Shown one piece after another: positions 50,454 to 60,944 of a DNA stretch of 64,000 bases; the first letter of the stretch is position 1, and each line of letters starts with the position of its first letter. The notes beneath the pieces were generated by a model, which had not been told where the DNA came from, ran no database searches, and was given only the letters and a program-made list of their open reading frames with translations. The stretch comes from Anaerolineae bacterium. Lineage in GTDB: Bacteria > Chloroflexota > Anaerolineae > JACIWR01. Made by a program: the position numbers and the translations under genes. Where the stretch lies: NCBI GenBank assembly GCA_024653325.1, contig JANLFX010000005.1:1-64000 (forward strand), written 5' to 3'.

Positions 50454-52354
50454 TATGTAGTGCCTACCTGTCGCCGCAAAGTGGAGCGCGTAGCCAAGGC
50501 CTGATGGATGCGCCGCAGAGCCAAAGTGTAAGTACGCATAATCTCACCGTATTCCTCAGCCCTAACATCTTCACCGCTCATCGTCTCCTCAGATAAAAAG
50601 CGTAGTTCCTGGATCAAAGACCGCAGCCGTTGTTGGCGTATTCTCAATGCGACAGCTACCAGGTCGAATGTAGCCTGATCATCGTCCAGCACGGGTTCGC
50701 TGGCAGGTCCCTGTAGCAATGCATCGAATCGGGGAAATAGTGCCGGGTCCAGCTCGTCGCGCAAAGTTTTGATGTCCACTTGGTCGGTGCTCGCCCTGGC
50801 CATCAGGGCCTCGAAAATGGCTCGGTTCTCGCTATGAGCGAATTCATCCCCACGCAGGGGCTCCTCTTGCATGTCCAATAACATCTGCTTCAGGCGATTG
50901 ATCAGATAAGGCCGGCGTAGTAACACCGACAGGCAATGTTCCTCCGCCCCAAAAGAGAGTGGTGCAGGCGTTGCCGGCGCTTCCTCTGGGGGCGTCGCCG
51001 GTTGCCGGCGGGGCTGGCGACCGGCGAGGTCGCGCCATAACACCTCCTCGTTGACGCGGATCAGCCGGGCCAGTTTCTGTATGTAATGGGTTTGTTCCAC
51101 CCGGTCGCCTATTTCGCGGATAATTTCCATCAGCCGATGGCGGGCTTCTGCCTTTCCCTTGGCAGTGGTCAGGTCCAGATCAGCGGTGACCACTTGAAAA
51201 TAATAATCCACTACTGGCAGAGCCTGGCTCACCAGTTGCGTCCACTGTTCTGGACTTTCGCGGATCACATCGTCGGGGTCTTTGCCCGGCGGCAGGGTGA
51301 TGATGCTGATGTTGGCGTCCAGGCGGCTTTCGTAACGGATCAGGCCACGGGGCGTTGGCACCGGCACGATCTCGCGGTCCAAAGTCTCGCGGGCCACGGC
51401 CAGTCCGCGCAGGGTGGCCTGATCCCCGGCGGCATCGGCATCCAGGGCCAGGGCAAAGTTTTTGGTCAGCCGCTTGAGGAGCCTGAGTTGTTCCTCGGTC
51501 AGAGCGGTGCCCATCGAGGCGACCACGTTGCCAATGCCTGCCTGATGGGCCTGGAGCACATCCATGTAGCCCTCGACGATCACCGCCAGGCCCTGCGCGC
51601 GAATGGCTCCCTTGGCCATGTCCAGGCCGAAGAGCACACTGGATTTGTCGAACAGCGGTGTCTGGGGGGAGTTAATGTACTTGGGCACGCCCTCCGGATC
51701 GAGAGTACGTCCGCCAAAGCCGATCACCTGTCCATGTATGTCGCGGATGGGGATCGTGAGCCGCCCGCGGAAGCGGTCATAAGTACCGCTGCCGTCCTCT
51801 CGCTCAATAATCAACCCCGCCGCCAGCAGGTCTTCTTGCCGATAGCCGCGCATCCGTAGGTGATCGCTCAGGGCCTGCCAGTTATCCAGCGCGTATCCAA
51901 GCTGGAAGCGTTCAATGGTCTGTTGATTAATCCCTCGATGGGCCAGATAATTGCGGGCGATTTCGCCCTGGTCTGCGCTCAGCAACAGGTTGTGGAAGTA
52001 CTGAGCGGCGGCGGCGTTTATCTCCAACAGTCGCTGTTTGAGCTGCTCCTCAGCGGTTCGTTTTTCACTGGGTGGTTCCAAAGTGACTCCGGCGCGTTGA
52101 GCCAGGAGGCGTAAGGCCTCAGGGAAATCCAGATTCTCTCGTTTTTGGATGAAAGTGAAAATATCCCCGCCCGTGGCACAGGCCCCAAAGCAGTGCCAGG
52201 TCTGAGTTTCGGGGAAAACGACGAAAGAAGGGGTTTTTTCGGTGTGGAATGGGCAGAGAGCGGTGAAGTTGCGCCCCGATTTGCGCAGGGGCACATATCC
52301 CGAAATCAATTCCACTATATCCACTCGAGCTTTAATTTCGTCTACTACACTCAT
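50453..52354 (-). CDS. dnaG: DNA primase
   Basis: Zn-ribbon '[11 protein letters not shown]...CFGC', TOPRIM 'VIVEGYMDV' and its position upstream of rpoD. Confidence 0.85.
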   Translation of the reverse strand: MSVVDEIKARVDIVELISGYVPLRKSGRNFTALCPFHTEKTPSFVVFPETQTWHCFGACATGGDIFTFIQKRENLDFPEALRLLAQRAGVTLEPPSEKRTAEEQLKQRLLEINAAAAQYFHNLLLSADQGEIARNYLAHRGINQQTIERFQLGYALDNWQALSDHLRMRGYRQEDLLAAGLIIEREDGSGTYDRFRGRLTIPIRDIHGQVIGFGGRTLDPEGVPKYINSPQTPLFDKSSVLFGLDMAKGAIRAQGLAVIVEGYMDVLQAHQAGIGNVVASMGTALTEEQLRLLKRLTKNFALALDADAAGDQATLRGLAVARETLDREIVPVPTPRGLIRYESRLDANISIITLPPGKDPDDVIRESPEQWTQLVSQALPVVDYYFQVVTADLDLTTAKGKAEARHRLMEIIREIGDRVEQTHYIQKLARLIRVNEEVLWRDLAGRQPRRQPATPPEEAPATPAPLSFGAEEHCLSVLLRRPYLINRLKQMLLDMQEEPLRGDEFAHSENRAIFEALMARASTDQVDIKTLRDELDPALFPRFDALLQGPASEPVLDDDQATFDLVAVALRIRQQRLRSLIQELRFLSEETMSGEDVRAEEYGEIMRTYTLALRRIHQALATRSTLRRQVGTT

Positions 52355-52519
52355 CGGAATGACCCATTGCTTTTGCACTTGGCGACCCAGTTCAAGTACC
52401 CAGAATTATACATGCAAGGGGCATTTTGGTCAATCAGACGTATTCGTGGTAAAATGGCTGGCGAAGCTCTGCCTCAAACTGACAAGTTTATCTCACGCAA
52501 AGGCGCAAAGGGCGCAGAG

Positions 52520-52690
52520 CTCTCTGAGAGCGTGTCTGAAAATTAGGCTGGCGATTAGAAATCGCGCCTGGTGAGCCTCCGGCTGGCCGTCTACCCGCGC
52601 GGACGGAAGCGAGTCCATGAAGATGGACGCTCGGCTGCAAGCTCTACAGGCGTGACTTTAGTCGCCGAGCCGAATTTTTAGACGGCCTCT
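52520..52690. repeat. Dispersed ~170 bp repeat, copy B (inverted relative to copy A at 3832-4005)
   Basis: The reverse complement aligns with 3832-4005 at about 90% identity across the whole length. Confidence 0.65.
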
Positions 52691-52710
52691 TACTTTAGTG
52701 GGGAGGTTCT

Positions 52711-53922
52711 ATGGTATCCAGTTCACTACCGTTCAATAAATCCGATTTCAGACAGCAATTGGAAGCAGAATTGGTCGGGAATATTCTGCCCTTCTGGATG
52801 ACCCATGTCGTGGATGAGGTCAATGGTGGCTTTTATGGGGCTGTGGACAATGACCTGCGGGTTCACAATGAGGTGCCACGCTCGGCAATTTTGTGCGCCC
52901 GCATTCTCTGGACCTACGCTACGGCCTATCGGATATTGGGTGTGGAGCAGTACTTATCGCTGGCCCGCCGGGCCTACGACTATCTCACCAACGTTTTTGG
53001 GGATCAGGAATATGGCGGCCTGTACTGGGCAGTGGATTATAAGGGCTCCCCGGTCTTTGACCGTAAGCACCACTATGCTCAGGCCTTTGGGATTTACGCT
53101 TTGAGTGAGTATTATCGGGCTACGCAGGAACCGCAGAGCTTGATGCTGGCGCAAACGCTGTTTCGCTTGTTAGAAAAGTATGCTTATGATGCGGTCTATC
53201 AAGGCTATATTGAGGGCCGCAGCCGTGCATGGGAGACCTTGACGGATATGCGCCTGAGCGACAGAGAGCCTAATTGCCGTAAATCCATGAACACCATGTT
53301 ACACATCTTAGAAGCGTATTCCAACTTGTTGCGGGTGTGGGACGATGCACATCTCAAAGCTCAACACAGGGCTTTGCTGACGGTCTTCCTGCAGCATATT
53401 CTTGACCAGCAGACCGGCCATTTTAAGCTCTTTTTCGACGATCAGTGGCGTTCACTTTCCGAGAACGTATCCTTTGGGCATGACATCGAAGGCAGTTGGC
53501 TGCTATGGGAAGCCGCTGAGCTGCAGGGTGACCCGCCACTATCGGCGCAAGCTCGAGAGTCCGCGATCAGCATGGCGGCAGCCGTGTATCGGGAGGGATT
53601 GGACGAGGATGGCAGCCTGTTCTACGAAAGTGGTCCACAGGGTCTGGTGGATACCAGCAAGGCCTGGTGGGCCCAGGCTGAGGCGGTAGTTGGCTTTTAT
53701 AACGCGTACCAGCTTTCAGGTCAGGAGCATTTTGCGCAGGCCGCCTATCGGTGCTGGACCTATATTCAGGCTAAAATGGTGGATCGTCATCATGGGGATT
53801 GGTTTAAACGACTACATCGGGATGGTACGCCGGATCATACTAGCTATAAGGCTGGTCCCTGGGAATGTCCCTATCACCACAGCCGGGCTTGCTTCGAAAT
53901 GTTGGCCCGTCTGAGCGATTGA
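52711..53922 (+). CDS. N-acylglucosamine 2-epimerase (AGE) family epimerase/isomerase (cellobiose-2-epimerase / mannose-isomerase-like)
   Basis: (alpha/alpha)6-barrel family pattern 'ILPFWMTHVVDEVNGGFYGAVDND...', with conserved His/Glu positions. Lower GC than its surroundings. Confidence 0.65.
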   Translation: MVSSSLPFNKSDFRQQLEAELVGNILPFWMTHVVDEVNGGFYGAVDNDLRVHNEVPRSAILCARILWTYATAYRILGVEQYLSLARRAYDYLTNVFGDQEYGGLYWAVDYKGSPVFDRKHHYAQAFGIYALSEYYRATQEPQSLMLAQTLFRLLEKYAYDAVYQGYIEGRSRAWETLTDMRLSDREPNCRKSMNTMLHILEAYSNLLRVWDDAHLKAQHRALLTVFLQHILDQQTGHFKLFFDDQWRSLSENVSFGHDIEGSWLLWEAAELQGDPPLSAQARESAISMAAAVYREGLDEDGSLFYESGPQGLVDTSKAWWAQAEAVVGFYNAYQLSGQEHFAQAAYRCWTYIQAKMVDRHHGDWFKRLHRDGTPDHTSYKAGPWECPYHHSRACFEMLARLSD

Positions 53923-53979
53923 GATTGCTACCCTCCCGCTGGCTTCGCCGTTGAGCCGGCGGGAGGGTGTGTTATGCTC

Positions 53980-54750
53980 TCACGCCGGGCTGGTAAATCT
54001 CTGCTCCACCCACTGTTGAGCCGTGCGCGCCCGGCGACATTCCGGACAGAGTGCCCACTGTTCCTCGATTTCGGGGAACATCTCACCGAGGAAGGCCATT
54101 GGTTCAGGGGCGAAGAGTTTACCACATTGGGGACACTTGTGCAGCTCTACTGTGGTGTGCCAAGTATGCAGGATGCGTTTATTGCCCCGGTCCTCTATTT
54201 TGATCGCTTTAGTGGGGCAGATTTCGGCACACGCCCCACAGCCAATGCAGGTGGCGGCTTGTATGTCGAAGGGAGTGCCCACCCGGCGCTCCATGCCCCG
54301 CCCAATGAAACCGATAGCCGCCGCACCTATGGCCTCACGGCAAACGCGCACGCACAGACCGCAAAGTACGCATAGCTCCTCGGCGCGCTCCGGTGGGGGA
54401 GTGCCGAAACGGGAAGCAGTGACCCCCTCTTGGGCAGCCATCTCCTGTATCACCTCGGATTGTGGACAACGGCTCAGCAGGAACTCCAGAGCCAGGCGAC
54501 GAGCACTTACCGCTTCCGGCGAGTTGGTCTCGACCGCCAGCCCCTCTTCTACCGGGTAAGCGCAGGAAGCGACAAGGGCATGGCGCGGTGCAGCGATGGA
54601 CACCATGCACAACCGGCATGCACCATAAGGGGCCAATCCTTCGTGGAAGCAGAGCGTGGGCAACTCCACTCCGGCGGCGCGCACTGCCTGCAGGATGGTT
54701 GTGCCCTCGGGCACGGTCACAGGCTGTTCGTTCACGGTAAGATTTATCAT
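53980..54750 (-). CDS. HoxU/NuoG-N-terminal-like iron-sulfur protein ([2Fe-2S] + [4Fe-4S] clusters)
   Basis: 'CFHEGLAPYGACRLCMVSI' 2Fe-2S motif, His-containing cluster motif, and C-terminal 'CIGCGACAEICPTKA' ferredoxin motif in about 256 aa. Confidence 0.6.
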   Translation of the reverse strand: MINLTVNEQPVTVPEGTTILQAVRAAGVELPTLCFHEGLAPYGACRLCMVSIAAPRHALVASCAYPVEEGLAVETNSPEAVSARRLALEFLLSRCPQSEVIQEMAAQEGVTASRFGTPPPERAEELCVLCGLCVRVCREAIGAAAIGFIGRGMERRVGTPFDIQAATCIGCGACAEICPTKAIKIEDRGNKRILHTWHTTVELHKCPQCGKLFAPEPMAFLGEMFPEIEEQWALCPECRRARTAQQWVEQRFTSPA

Positions 54751-54754
54751 TGCC

Positions 54755-56638
54755 TCACCTCACGATCTCGATGGCCCCTACCGGGCATACGTCATAACAG
54801 ATGCGGCAACGGGTGCATAGCTCCGGGTTGATGGTGTGCGGCTTTTTCTTCTCCCCGCTGATAGCTCCTGCAGGGCACTCACGGCGGCACAGACCGCAGC
54901 CATTGCACAGATCTGGTACGATGGCGAGTCGGATCAGCGCGCGGCAGACGCCCGCCGGGCAGCGTTTCTCCTCCACATGGGCTTCGTACTCATCGTGGAA
55001 GTAGCGCAATGTAGAAAGCACCGGGTTAGGGGCTGTCTGACCCAACCCGCACAACGAGGCCATCTTGACCCACCTAGCTACTTCTTCCAGCAGATCCAGG
55101 TCCTCTGGTGTCCCCTTACCTTCGACAATGCGGGTGAGGATCTCGTACATATAGTGGGTACCCTCGCGGCAGGGCGTGCATTTGCCACACGATTCGGCCA
55201 TGGTAAAACCGATGAAATAGCGGGCCACATCCACCATGCAGGTGTTCTCGTCCATGACCACCATGCCGCCAGAACCCATGATGGAACCGGCCTGGGTCAG
55301 GGTCTCGTAGCTGATGGGCAGGTCAAACAGGCGGGCCGGCAGGCAGCCGCCGGAAGGGCCACCGGTCTGCACCGCTTTCACCGCTTTGCCATTTAATCCC
55401 CCGCCGCCGATGCCCTCGATCATTTCTCGCAGGGTCAGGCCCAGCGGTACTTCCACCAGGCCGGTATTGGCTACCCGGCCCACCAGGGAAAAGACCACCG
55501 TGCCTGCATTGTTCTCCGTACCGATGGCGGCGTACCACCCGGCCCCCCGATTGATGATCACCGGCACGGTGGCCAGGGTCTTGACGTTGTTGATGACGGT
55601 GGGCTTACCCCACAGCCCACTGATCGCCGGAAAGGGCGGTTTGGGGCGGGGCTCGCCCAATCCGCCCTCGATGGACGAGATGAGGGCTGTCTCTTCCCCG
55701 CAGACGAAGGCCCCCGCCCCGCGCACGATAGTGATGTTGAAATCGAAGCCGGACTCGAGGATGTTTTCCCCCAGCAGCCCCAGCTCCTGGGCGCGGGCGA
55801 CGGCCTGGGTGACACGTTCGACAGCCAGCGGGTACTCGTCGCGCACGTAGATGTATCCCTCATGCGCGCCGATGGCGTATCCGGCGATAGTCAAGCCCTC
55901 GATGACACTGTGGGGATCGCTTTCCAACACGGTGCGGTCCATGTACGCGCCCGGATCGCCCTCATCGCCGTTGCAGATGACATATTTGGGTTGTCCGGGA
56001 GCATCGTGGCAGACCTGCCACTTGCGCCCGGTGGGGAAACCGGCTCCGCCTCGCCCGCGCAACCCGGCGCGCAATACTTCGTCAATCACCTGTTCCGGGG
56101 TGAGGTCCAGCAAAGCGTGGGCCATGGCTTCATAGCCTCCTTGCGCGATGTATTCCTCGATGCTGGTGGGGTCAATCAAGCCACAGTTGCGCAGGATAAT
56201 CTTGCGCTGACGGGCATAGAAAGGCAGTTCGTTGAGGCGGGGTAAACCTCCCGCAGGTTTGGAACCTGCGGGAGGTTCCTTTTCTTCCGGGATGATGGCC
56301 AGCGCGCCTTCTGTCGGTAGGTTACCCTCGGCCAGGGCGGCGATCAGCTCGCGGGCCCGGTCGGCGGTCATGCGGGCATAGAGGACGCGATCCCGGCCTG
56401 GCATCCGTACCTCGACCAGTGGTTCTTGCTGGCAATAGCCCAGGCAGCCAGTGGCGACGAGCATGAGGTCCAGCTCTCGTTGCAAGGCTTCGTCGCGCAG
56501 GGTATCGTACACGGCAGCAGCTCCCGTGGCCAGACCACAGGTGGCCATCCCCACGCTAACCTTCAGTCGGGAGGGATAAAGAGTGGATAGGCCCTTGGCG
56601 CGCAACGTCTCTAAATCGGAACGGCTACATACCTTCAT
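54755..56638 (-). CDS. NuoF/HoxF/HydB-like NAD(P)H-binding flavoprotein subunit (FMN, [4Fe-4S], N-terminal Trx-like [2Fe-2S], C-terminal 2x[4Fe-4S])
   Basis: NADH/FMN site 'GRGGAGFPTGRKW', 'SLCGLGQTAPNPVLS', and C-terminal 'CNGCGLCRRECP...CTRCRICYDVCP'. Confidence 0.7.
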   Translation of the reverse strand: MKVCSRSDLETLRAKGLSTLYPSRLKVSVGMATCGLATGAAAVYDTLRDEALQRELDLMLVATGCLGYCQQEPLVEVRMPGRDRVLYARMTADRARELIAALAEGNLPTEGALAIIPEEKEPPAGSKPAGGLPRLNELPFYARQRKIILRNCGLIDPTSIEEYIAQGGYEAMAHALLDLTPEQVIDEVLRAGLRGRGGAGFPTGRKWQVCHDAPGQPKYVICNGDEGDPGAYMDRTVLESDPHSVIEGLTIAGYAIGAHEGYIYVRDEYPLAVERVTQAVARAQELGLLGENILESGFDFNITIVRGAGAFVCGEETALISSIEGGLGEPRPKPPFPAISGLWGKPTVINNVKTLATVPVIINRGAGWYAAIGTENNAGTVVFSLVGRVANTGLVEVPLGLTLREMIEGIGGGGLNGKAVKAVQTGGPSGGCLPARLFDLPISYETLTQAGSIMGSGGMVVMDENTCMVDVARYFIGFTMAESCGKCTPCREGTHYMYEILTRIVEGKGTPEDLDLLEEVARWVKMASLCGLGQTAPNPVLSTLRYFHDEYEAHVEEKRCPAGVCRALIRLAIVPDLCNGCGLCRRECPAGAISGEKKKPHTINPELCTRCRICYDVCPVGAIEIVR

Positions 56639-57104
56639 CGCTCACGCCTCCTGCCTCTTGCTCCCGGTACTTTCTCAGAATGCGCGGCAGCAGGTCAGCT
56701 CTAAGGCGGCCGTAGGTATCGCCGTCCACGCGCATCACCGGGGACATGCTGCATGAACCGACGCAGTGCACTGTTTCGACGGTGAAAGCGCGGTCGTCCG
56801 TTGTCTCTCCTGGCCTCACTCCCAGGGTAGATTCCAGTTTTTCCAGCAGTTTCTCACCGCCGCGGATGTAACAGGCTGTGCCCAGGCAGACGTGGATGGT
56901 GTGACGGCCTCGGGGCTGGAAGCTGAAGGCGGCGTAGAAAGTAGCCGCGCTGTACACCTGGCTCAGGGGCACACCCAGCTCTTCGGCTGCCCGGCGTAGT
57001 TCCTCTTCGGGCAGATAGCCGTACTCAGCGTTGATGGCGTGTAACCTGGCCAGCAACGCGCCCCCGGCCGGGGGTGGTGGTTGAGGAATAAGTGGCATGG
57101 TCAC
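56625..57104 (-). CDS. NuoE/HoxE/HydC-like thioredoxin-fold [2Fe-2S] subunit
   Basis: 'CLGTACYIRGGEKLL...CVGSCSMSPVMRVD' is the NuoE Cys pattern. Overlaps the nuoF-like gene by 14 bp. Confidence 0.7.
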   Translation of the reverse strand: MTMPLIPQPPPPAGGALLARLHAINAEYGYLPEEELRRAAEELGVPLSQVYSAATFYAAFSFQPRGRHTIHVCLGTACYIRGGEKLLEKLESTLGVRPGETTDDRAFTVETVHCVGSCSMSPVMRVDGDTYGRLRADLLPRILRKYREQEAGGVSDEGM

Positions 57105-57119
57105 CTCCGATAGGGGATA

Positions 57120-57154
57120 CAGGTGCGACGCACTTCCGAAGTGCGTCGCACCTG
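57120..57154. terminator. REP-like hairpin family B copy between cooS and the nuoE-like gene
   Basis: 'caggtgcgacgcac-ttccgaa-gtgcgtcgcacctg' starts 9 nt after the cooS stop. Confidence 0.5.
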
Positions 57155-57162
57155 TTCACGTG

Positions 57163-59043
57163 CTAAATCCCCAACGCCGCTCGCTTCTCCATGATGTGGT
57201 CAACCATCAGTTGCGCGGCCTTGAAGGGATCGGGTTCGACGGCGAACTTAGCGCCCACGACGCCCTCGGCACCCTCGGTCAGTAGCTTGGTCACCTCGGG
57301 GCCACCCAGCACTGGCGGCACAGTGCCCAACACGGTGAAGATGCCCGAGGACACCACGTAAGCGCCGATGCTGACCGCCTTTTCGCTCATCCATTCTGGG
57401 GCCGCGCCGGCCACCGGCAAATCGCTGATGTCCACCCCCAGGGCGTTGGCGATGGCCGAGCAGGCCACCAGGATGCGGCTAATGTCCACGCAGGAGCCCA
57501 TGTGTAGCACCGGCGGGATGCCCAGGGCCTTGCACACACCCTTTAACCCCTCGCCGGCCAGGTCTGCCGCTTCCGGCAGGAGCAACCCGGCCTTGGCGGC
57601 GGCGATGGCGTTGCAGCCCGTGGTCACCACCAGCACGTCTTGTTTGATCAACTCCTTAAGCATATTTATGTGGCCATAATCGTGCTGAATCTTGGGGTTG
57701 TTGCAACCGACCACCCCGGCGATGCCCTTGATCGCGCCCGACTTGACTGCTTCCAACAGCGGGTTGAGGGTACCGCCCAACGCACTGACGATAGCCTCCA
57801 CGCTGAACCCGACCATGCATTCGCTCTTTTCTTTGGGGATGCGTACTTGGCCGGGTTTGCGGAAGCGGTAATTCTCCACGGCGGTGCGCACGATTTCTTT
57901 GGCGATTTCGTAAGCCCGCTCTTCGTGGAACTCGATGTGGGTCGCACCGGGGAACTTGGCCTTGGGCGAGGTAGAGATGAGTTTGGTGTGGAAACAGCCT
58001 GCTACGGTTCCCAGGGCAGGCATGATGCATTGCACATCCACGATCATCGCCTCGACCGCGCCGGTGGTGATGGCCAGCTCCTGTTGCAAGAAGTTGCCCG
58101 CCGGGGGAATGCCGTGGCGCATGAGCACCTCGTTGCCAGTACAGCACATACCGGTCACGTTGATGCCTTTAGCCCCGTATTTCTTGGCCAGGGCCAGCAT
58201 CTCGGGATCTTGTGCGGCGGCGACAATCATCTCCGAGAGGGTGGGTTCATGGCCGTGGACGATGATGTTCACCTGGTCTTCCTTGAGCACGCCCAGGTTG
58301 GCCTCTGATTTGATGGGCTTGGGCGTGCCAAATAGCACGTCAGAAAGTTCGGTAGCGATCATGGAGCCGCCCCAACCGTCGGCGATGGATGCTTTGAGCC
58401 CCTGCAGGATCAAATTCACGGGGTCGTTGTCCACGCCAATGTGGGTGCGATGCATGATCTCCACAATCTCGCGGTCAATGCCGCGCGGGTCAATGCCCAG
58501 CGATTGCCACCGGGCGACGCGCTTCTGCGGCGCGCGGCGGGTGAACTGAATGGGACCTTCCTGTTTGCCGAATTCAGCGTAGATGGCGCGGGCCAGGTCC
58601 AGAGCGATTTGCTCTTTGCTCCGTCCCTCAGTCTCGATACCGTACTCTGCGGCCAGGGCTTTGAGCTTGGCTTCGTCCTTGATTTCGTAGCCACCGCCCT
58701 TGCCCTCGGCGGTGAGCAGCAGGGTGTGGGCGATGTCCCGCCCGTGATCGGAGTGAGCGGCAGCACCGGCGGCGATCATGCGCAGCAAATTGCGAGCGAC
58801 AATAATATCCGCTGTGGCTCCGCAGATGCCTTTCTTGGGGCCTTCTTCCTCAAAGGGACTGATGCGGCAGGGCCCCATGTTACAATTGCGGCAGCAGACC
58901 CCCAGCTCGCCGAAGCCACATTGGGGCAACATGGCTTCGTAGCGATCCCACGCTGTTTCGATGCCTAGCTCTTCGGCCCGGGCCAGCATCTCGTGAGTGG
59001 CGGGATCAATGCTTCGGCTCAAAATCTTCTCACTGTACGCCAT
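57163..59043 (-). CDS. cooS: Anaerobic Ni-dependent carbon monoxide dehydrogenase catalytic subunit
   Basis: N-terminal B/D-cluster motif 'CGFGELGVCCRNCNMGPCRI' and C-cluster Cys/His pattern. 626 aa. AGGAGGTG RBS. Confidence 0.8.
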   Translation of the reverse strand: MAYSEKILSRSIDPATHEMLARAEELGIETAWDRYEAMLPQCGFGELGVCCRNCNMGPCRISPFEEEGPKKGICGATADIIVARNLLRMIAAGAAAHSDHGRDIAHTLLLTAEGKGGGYEIKDEAKLKALAAEYGIETEGRSKEQIALDLARAIYAEFGKQEGPIQFTRRAPQKRVARWQSLGIDPRGIDREIVEIMHRTHIGVDNDPVNLILQGLKASIADGWGGSMIATELSDVLFGTPKPIKSEANLGVLKEDQVNIIVHGHEPTLSEMIVAAAQDPEMLALAKKYGAKGINVTGMCCTGNEVLMRHGIPPAGNFLQQELAITTGAVEAMIVDVQCIMPALGTVAGCFHTKLISTSPKAKFPGATHIEFHEERAYEIAKEIVRTAVENYRFRKPGQVRIPKEKSECMVGFSVEAIVSALGGTLNPLLEAVKSGAIKGIAGVVGCNNPKIQHDYGHINMLKELIKQDVLVVTTGCNAIAAAKAGLLLPEAADLAGEGLKGVCKALGIPPVLHMGSCVDISRILVACSAIANALGVDISDLPVAGAAPEWMSEKAVSIGAYVVSSGIFTVLGTVPPVLGGPEVTKLLTEGAEGVVGAKFAVEPDPFKAAQLMVDHIMEKRAALGI

Positions 59044-59070
59044 GGGAAATCACCTCCTCATGATTTCGGA

Positions 59071-59619
59071 TCATTGGCTGGCTAACTGTTTCTGACTTTC
59101 TAATGCGCCCAGGAATTGTTTAGCGGCGGTGAGAGTGGCTTGACGAATGACTTCAGTGGGATACTTCAGGGTGAGGGCTTTGGTGGGGCAGGCTTCCACG
59201 CAGGCCGGACCGCCGGGCCGGTCCACGCACAAGTCACACTTGAAAGCGGCTCTCTTTTCACGACCGGCCACCTCGGTGGTGGCGACGTGGACCGCACCGA
59301 AGGGGCAGACCATCGTGCATAACCGACAGGCGATGCACAGCCGCTGGTCCACCGCCGTGTAGGTCTCGGTGCGATAGGTCGCGCCGGTAGGGCAGACTCG
59401 CACGCAGGGTGCGTCCTCGCATTGGCGACACTGGGTGGAGAGTTTTACACTGTTCACCTGGACCACCCAATTACGGCGGTGCAACCTCTCGCCAGCCAGT
59501 ACAGCACCGATGATGGTGCCCGCTGTGGTGTGAGCCGCTGCGCAGGCCAGCTCGCAAGTGTGACAGCCCACGCAACGCTCTGGATTGACCAGAATGAATG
59601 GGCCTTCCAGCTTCTTCAT
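59071..59619 (-). CDS. cooF: CooF-like 4x[4Fe-4S] ferredoxin
   Basis: Multiple CxxCxxCxxxCP motifs ('CVGCHTCELAC', 'CRQCEDAPCVRVCP', 'CIACRLCTMVCP', 'CDLCVDRPGGPACVEACP'). Lies immediately upstream of cooS. Confidence 0.65.
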   Translation of the reverse strand: MKKLEGPFILVNPERCVGCHTCELACAAAHTTAGTIIGAVLAGERLHRRNWVVQVNSVKLSTQCRQCEDAPCVRVCPTGATYRTETYTAVDQRLCIACRLCTMVCPFGAVHVATTEVAGREKRAAFKCDLCVDRPGGPACVEACPTKALTLKYPTEVIRQATLTAAKQFLGALESQKQLASQ

Positions 59620-59990
59620 AGCGTTTTTTCACCTCCTTTCCGTGCAAGCATTGGGGACTGGACCTGTTTTTCAGTGGTTTAGCACTACGCTTCCTCGGAA
59701 ATAAGCCGCCTCACACAAAGGCGCAAGGCACGCCAAGGTATGAACTGGAAGAGAGTTCTTATTTCTCTGCGTGCTAGCGCCTCGGCGGTGAAAACTTGAT
59801 TCAATTGTCAAAGAATGTGGTTTGTGAAGATGGCTGGTGGCGACTGGTCTCGAGCTGAGGAGAGGATAGTAGCAGAAGTCGGGGTTGCCTGATAATACCA
59901 CAAAATTGCGCCAGAATCAACTAAAACTGGCTAAGGAATATTTTAAACCCTTTGTGTCCTTCGTGTCCTTTGTGGTTTTCGAACAAGTTC

Positions 59991-60923
59991 TCAGCCCAGG
60001 TGTGAGCCCAGGAATTCCTGCTGGCCGCGCAGAAAGTCGGCAATGGACATGGCCCGTTTACCGGCAAGTTGCACCTCGAAAAGCAGCAATGCACCCTCGC
60101 CAGTAGTCACCGCCGTTCCCTCAGGCAAGGTGATTACCTGTCCCGGCGGCTGGGCCCCGTGCCACTCCACCAGTGCAGCGCGCAACACTTTAAGCCGCTG
60201 GCCTTGCCACATCGTATAGGCTCCCGGCCAGGGGTTATAGGCTCGCACCTGCCGTGACAACTGCCCAGCCGGGCGCGTCCAGTCCAGCCACCCCTCTTCC
60301 TTGCGCAGCGGCCTGCACATCGTGGCCTGGCTATGATCCTGCGGGCGCGGCTGAATCTCCCCGGCCAGCCAACGGGGCAGGGTTTGTATCAATAAATCGG
60401 CGCCCAGAACAGCCAACCGTTCGGTCAACGAGCCGGCTGTATCGGCAGGGTCAATGGACAAGGGAGTCTGAGCCAGAATGGGACCGGTGTCCATGCCCTC
60501 GTCCAGGAGCATGATCGTCACCCCGGTCTCTTTATCGCCGGCCAAGATGGCTGCCGGGATAGGGGCTGCCCCCCGCCAACGGGGAAGCAGTGAAGCGTGG
60601 ACGTTCAGACAGCCCTTGGGCGGTATGGCCAGCACATCCGGCCTGAGTATTTGCCCAAACGCAGCGATCACGATTAGCGTGGGTGACAGAGCGCGCAGTT
60701 TCTCCACGGCCTGGGGATTGCGCAGCGTTGCCGGTTGCCAGACCGGCAATCCCCGGGCCAGGGCGGCTTCTTTCACGGGGGAGGCGACCAGTTTGCGCCC
60801 CCGGCCAGCCGGACGGTCTGGTTGGGTAACCACGCAGACCAGTTCATAACTGGCTTGAGTGGCCAGCGCCTCCAGGGTAGGCACGGCAAAGCGGGGCGTA
60901 CCCATAAACACAATGCGTTCCAT
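59991..60923 (-). CDS. fmt: Methionyl-tRNA formyltransferase
   Basis: 'RIVFMGTPRFAVPTLEAL' and 'NVHASLLPRWRGAAPI' motifs. Confidence 0.85.
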   Translation of the reverse strand: MERIVFMGTPRFAVPTLEALATQASYELVCVVTQPDRPAGRGRKLVASPVKEAALARGLPVWQPATLRNPQAVEKLRALSPTLIVIAAFGQILRPDVLAIPPKGCLNVHASLLPRWRGAAPIPAAILAGDKETGVTIMLLDEGMDTGPILAQTPLSIDPADTAGSLTERLAVLGADLLIQTLPRWLAGEIQPRPQDHSQATMCRPLRKEEGWLDWTRPAGQLSRQVRAYNPWPGAYTMWQGQRLKVLRAALVEWHGAQPPGQVITLPEGTAVTTGEGALLLFEVQLAGKRAMSIADFLRGQQEFLGSHLG

Positions 60924-60944
60924 TTGCCGTTTCTCCTCCTTAAC

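Noticed and set aside
59620-59990. Searched the cooF upstream region for a CooA/RcoM-type operator (TGTCA-N6-TGACA)
   Set aside because: Only weak matches were found ('tgtcaaagaatgtgg', direct repeats 'tttgtgtcctt'). No regulator gene is in the window, so no site is called.
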